NCBI GenBank assembly: GCA_963798085.1
Contig: CAWCRS010000007.1
Coordinates: 384,001-448,000 of the forward strand
Source of the DNA: an uncultured Gemmatimonadales bacterium
GTDB lineage: Bacteria; Gemmatimonadota; Gemmatimonadetes; Longimicrobiales; RSA9
Length of the DNA: 64,000 nucleotides
Direction of reading: 5' to 3'
A model generated the notes under the pieces. The model had not been told where the DNA came from. It ran no database searches and worked only from the letters and a program-made list of their open reading frames with translations. The position numbers and the translations under genes are program-made. Below are positions 60,552-64,000 of the stretch, piece after piece; within the stretch, counting starts at the first letter, position 1; the number at the start of each line of letters is the position of its first letter.

Positions 60552-61826
60552 TCAGGCGCGACCGGTGCGGTCCAGTGCCAGCCCGAGCATGGCGCCCAGG
60601 AGTCCGGCAGTACGACTCGCTGCGCGCTCCAGCACTTCATTGAGCGTCTCGACGATGGTGCGCTCCACGGCCGCGAACACGGTTCCAGGCGAAGCGATCG
60701 CCCCGGGTTCCATCAGGTAGCTCAAGGCCCTGGCCATGCCGCAGTTGCAGAGGATGTCCGCGAGCACGGAGAACCGGCGGTCGGCCAGCTGCGCCACCCG
60801 GGTGGAGCCGAGCTTCGCCTCGCGGAACGGCTGATTGGCGCCGCAGGCGATCACGCGCACACCACAGGCGGCCAGGTGGTCCAGGGTCTCCACGGTGACG
60901 GACTCGGAAATGGCGGCGCACACGAACACATCCGCGGGGAGGTCCGGAATTCCGCCGCCCGGGCGCACGCGCGCGTCCGCCGCCGGTAACAATTTGTTAG
61001 TGCGTCTCCGGAGCAGCGCCTCGATCTCCTGCGCCCGAAGCCCAGCGGGCTCGGTGAGCACGGAACGCGCGTCGCGAATGGAAACGATGCGGGCGCCGGC
61101 GCGCGCCAGATACAGGGCACAGCTGGCGCCCACATTGCCGAAGCCCTCGAGCAGCACGCGTGCTCCGTCAATGCCGCGACCCTGCCGCACGAGGCTGTGC
61201 GCCACCGCGCGTGCGACGCCGAAACCGGTCACCATGTCGGACACGCTGAGCGGCAGATCGGGCACGCCGTGGGCCGCATCCAGGGGAGCGACGACGCCAC
61301 TCTCGATGCGCTGCATCAATGCCGCGTAGCCGGGCGCGTCGGGCCGCAGGTGACCGCGCACGACGCCTTCCTGCGGGTGGCGGATGCCGATGCGGTCGAA
61401 AGCCGGGATCACATCGAGGGTCTCGTCGATATTGAGGTCGCCGCCGGTGCCGTAACGCGAGCGCAGCAGCGGCTCAATCGCGCGATAGAAGCGCTCCAGC
61501 ACTTCCGGCTTGCGGGCGTCCGCGGGATCGAAGGCAATGCCGGCCTTGGCCCCTCCGATGGGCGGGCCGGAGAGCGCGAACTTCAACTCCATCGCCTTGG
61601 CGAGATAGGTGACCTCGCGCAACGTGAGACCGGTGCGCATGCGCGTGCCGCCCCCGGCGGCGCCGCCGCGTGTGGAATTGAAGACCAGCCAGGCGCGCGC
61701 GCCCGTGCGCGGCTCGCGCCACGCCAGAGTCAGCTCCGGCGGCTCACGCAGAAAGGCCGCGTAGCGCGCCCACTCCGAGCGGCTGCCCGGCAGGGCGTAC
61801 GCCAAACCCTGTGTTATGGTTGTCAT
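60552..61826 (-). CDS. Glu/Leu/Phe/Val dehydrogenase family protein
   Basis: GGAAGGGTRMR, LAKAMELKF, GGAKAGI, TGFGV, EGFGNVG and CGAN.PF; ATG at 61826. Confidence 0.88.
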   Translation of the reverse strand: MTTITQGLAYALPGSRSEWARYAAFLREPPELTLAWREPRTGARAWLVFNSTRGGAAGGGTRMRTGLTLREVTYLAKAMELKFALSGPPIGGAKAGIAFDPADARKPEVLERFYRAIEPLLRSRYGTGGDLNIDETLDVIPAFDRIGIRHPQEGVVRGHLRPDAPGYAALMQRIESGVVAPLDAAHGVPDLPLSVSDMVTGFGVARAVAHSLVRQGRGIDGARVLLEGFGNVGASCALYLARAGARIVSIRDARSVLTEPAGLRAQEIEALLRRRTNKLLPAADARVRPGGGIPDLPADVFVCAAISESVTVETLDHLAACGVRVIACGANQPFREAKLGSTRVAQLADRRFSVLADILCNCGMARALSYLMEPGAIASPGTVFAAVERTIVETLNEVLERAASRTAGLLGAMLGLALDRTGRA

Positions 61827-61949
61827 GCCATCCGCGTCTGCGGCGCGACGCACCAGCACGCGCGAGCGCGTCGTCGTACGGGAGCGTAGCAGCAGCATGC
61901 GGTCGACACAAGCGTGCACGGGGCAGGCGGTCGGGGCCTCGCCAGCGGC

Positions 61950-61977
61950 GCGGCCCCGGGCGGAAACCCGGGGCCGC
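61950..61977 (-). terminator. Perfect 11 bp hairpin, possible terminator
   Basis: GCGGCCCCGGG-CGGAAA-CCCGGGGCCGC, 16 nt past the DUF4440 stop; no U-tract follows it on the minus strand. Confidence 0.4.
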
Positions 61978-61993
61978 AAGAGAAAAAACGCGA

Positions 61994-62512
61994 CTACTTG
62001 CCGGCGGGAGCCATGGTCTGCGGTGCGCTGCTGTTCCAGATCTCGCGGTGCAGCTTCCAGGAGCCATCCGGCTGCTTGCGCACAATTACCAGATACTTGG
62101 AGACATCCTGCACGGGCTTGCCGTTCATGGTGCCGTTGATCGTTGCAGTGCCGGTCTCCCACGCCACGTCGCCGGCGCCTTCGGTCGTTTCCGGTGTCAA
62201 CGTCAACTGCGGCTTGCCCATCATCGAAAACATCTGTGCCGCGCCGGCGGCAATCTCATGCGCGCCCCGGATGGCTGGTGCGTTGGGCGGCATTTGCTCC
62301 GCATCCTGCGTGTACAGCGCGGAGAGCGCGGCGGTATCGCTGGCGTTGAAGGCGCGCGTGAAGGCATCACGCGTGGTCGCGAGCGCGGCATTGTAGTCGA
62401 CCGCCGCCATTGCGCCGGTTTCGCTGGTGGCCTGAGCACCACCCTGCTGGGCGCCCTGCGAACACGCGGCGACGATGGAGAAAAGCGCCAATGACACGAC
62501 TGCGGTTCTCAT
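61994..62512 (-). CDS. DUF4440/SnoaL-like (NTF2 fold) lipoprotein
   Basis: GGAGG RBS, lipobox VAAC, AFNASD..ALSALYTQDA, PPNAPAIRG and KYLVIVRKQPDGSWK. Confidence 0.85.
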   Translation of the reverse strand: MRTAVVSLALFSIVAACSQGAQQGGAQATSETGAMAAVDYNAALATTRDAFTRAFNASDTAALSALYTQDAEQMPPNAPAIRGAHEIAAGAAQMFSMMGKPQLTLTPETTEGAGDVAWETGTATINGTMNGKPVQDVSKYLVIVRKQPDGSWKLHREIWNSSAPQTMAPAGK

Positions 62513-62949
62513 GAATCCTCCCTGGATGAACGGAATGTCGAACGCCGTCCCGTGCGGTGGAAACGCCGCGGTCGGCGTGCGGGTGCTGCAATGACTCGAG
62601 TCGGATCGATTGAAGGCGAGAGCGGCGCCATGCAGCTGATGCGGCAGAAACGACGCATGGCACAGTATCGAGCATTGACTGATGCGCCGCCAGTGGTGGG
62701 TGGATGCGAGCCCCTCTTGCCGAGTGGCGGTGGGGTCGCGATCATCGCGGCCGCATTTGCGCAGGTGCAGGGGGGAACGCCGGCTCTTGCGGCGGGCGTC
62801 AGCGTGGCAGAGGTTGCTGCATCCGCCACGGTATACAAGTGCTCCGCGGAGGGGCTTGTGCGGGGTGCCGAGGAGGTCCGGCAAGTCGAGAAGGCGACCG
62901 GGAGTAGGGCACGTGGACAGCTGGACAACTACGGACATCGTACAAGGGA

Positions 62950-62980
62950 CTGGACTGTTGGCCTCCTCCCGCTGTATCAT
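62950..62980 (+). promoter_or_regulatory. Weak sigma70-type promoter candidate upstream of tonB
   Basis: TGGACT-N18-TATCAT, preceded by short GGAC(A) direct repeats. Confidence 0.25.
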
Positions 62981-63467
62981 AAGCGTACACGACGCCAACA
63001 ACCCCGGAGAGTACTCAGGAGGGCACGACGCCTCCTTCGTCTGAAGCGGTCGGTTCGGACATGGCGGTTGACCTGATCCTGGTTCGCCGGACCATCGGGT
63101 GAAGACCGTTGCTTCGCGACATCAAGCCTGCGACCGCGAGCGAATACCGGGACGAACAGTTCGAGTTGTGCGGCGCCGCACGGCGTGAAGAAGTGGCAGC
63201 ACGCGTTGTGCATGGCTGGTGCCGTGGGACGTCGTAGAGGCTGGAGAACCGTACGTCAGACACGCTGGGATCGGGTACGGGCGGTGTGACGTGCAATGCG
63301 CAGGGAACGCGCACCCTGTGCTAAACGGAGAATGGATTTCTGTCCGGGTCACTGGGACCCGGGTGCAGAAGAAGGTCCGGCGGACGCTCCTGTCTGACCG
63401 GGCGGGTGGATGAATGCCCGGACGGCGGCGGTCGTCCGGTGCCGACCCGCGCACGGGAGGTGCTGAA

Positions 63468-64000
63468 ATGGCCAAGGCATCCAAGCCGAATGCGGCTGCG
63501 CCCTCAACGAATTCGCATCCCCAGGAAGACGAAGGGGATCCGAATGCGGGGCCGATGTTCTCGCATCTGATTGCGAGCCAGCCACCGAGAAGCCGTTCGA
63601 GCACAGCCGCCGCGTCAGTGGCATCACTGGCGGGGCACGTGGCAGTGCTGGGAGGGCTGCTCTGGGCCACCATGGCGGTGGGCAAGGAAGTGAAGAAGGA
63701 AGACGAGGTTGTCACCGTCGTCGAAGTACCGAAGGAGTTGGAGCTGCCGCCGCCGCCGAAGGTGCCGGAGCAGCCGCATCCCGACGGTCACGAACGACAA
63801 CATTCCGCAGGGTTTCCAGACGTTGTCGATCCCGGACATCGTGCCGACGAACATTCCTCCGCCCAACACCGGTCAGATCTTCCGCGAGCAGGACTTCTCG
63901 GGCGTGGGTGTCATCGGCGGCAAGGGCGATGGCAAGCCGGTGGATCCGAACGACGCCCATGCGCCGGACGTGAATTCGGCGCCGCATTTCACGCCCATGA
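63468..64000 (+). CDS. tonB: Energy transducer TonB, 5' part; probable frameshift near 63780; runs off the window
   Basis: GGAGG RBS, MFSHLIAS, TM with SLAGH (SxxxH), Pro-rich LPPPPK, then in the +1 frame PQGFQTLSIPDIVPTNIPPP...DFSGVGV.GG. Confidence 0.75.
   Translation, partial: MAKASKPNAAAPSTNSHPQEDEGDPNAGPMFSHLIASQPPRSRSSTAAASVASLAGHVAVLGGLLWATMAVGKEVKKEDEVVTVVEVPKELELPPPPKVPEQPHPDGHERQHSAGFPDVVDPGHRADEHSSAQHRSDLPRAGLLGRGCHRRQGRWQAGGSERRPCAGREFGAAFHAH

Noticed and set aside
62980..63467. Glycine, cobalamin or c-di-GMP riboswitch before tonB
   Set aside because: Only short fragments such as GGAGAG and CTCAGG are present; the other conserved elements were not found.

Overview
This is a high-GC bacterial window, probably Gemmatimonadota. 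That is an inference from the style of the TonB, Big_2 lipoprotein and Oar-type TonB-dependent receptor sequences, not a marker-gene call. Bases 1 to about 49,500 form a large cell-envelope glycan synthesis and modification cluster. It contains CDP-glucose pathway genes (rfbF, rfbG-like) with a 3-C-methyltransferase, five GT2 enzymes, five GT-C/ArnT-PMT-like membrane proteins and two flippase-type proteins. It also has two SGNH proteins, three membrane-anchored sulfatase-fold enzymes with Thr in place of the formylglycine Cys/Ser, a carbamoyltransferase-SxtJ-DUF5989 (sxtIJK-like) module, GMC/Gfo/SDR oxidoreductases, methyltransferases, a deacetylase and a TonB-dependent receptor with a lipoprotein. 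The remaining 14.5 kb is mixed housekeeping: CaCA antiporter, degenerate GGDEF, MFS, quinone oxidoreductase, thiI, ATL plus degenerate Nudix, BNR protein, Glu/Leu/Phe/Val dehydrogenase and tonB. The best candidate for a new system is a pair of single-pass microproteins with an exposed Tyr (C-terminal FIYTIF, DltX-like; N-terminal MYIGP). They may act as trans-membrane group shuttles for carbamoylation and for sulfo/phospho decoration of glycans; this is a hypothesis only. Non-coding structure includes a 4 x 67 bp tandem array, a 39/40 bp inverted repeat between divergent operons and a perfect 25 bp inverted repeat. Many frameshifts, including in thiI and tonB, look like long-read consensus errors, so some boundaries are approximate. 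No rRNA, tRNA, CRISPR array, transposase or reverse transcriptase was recognised.
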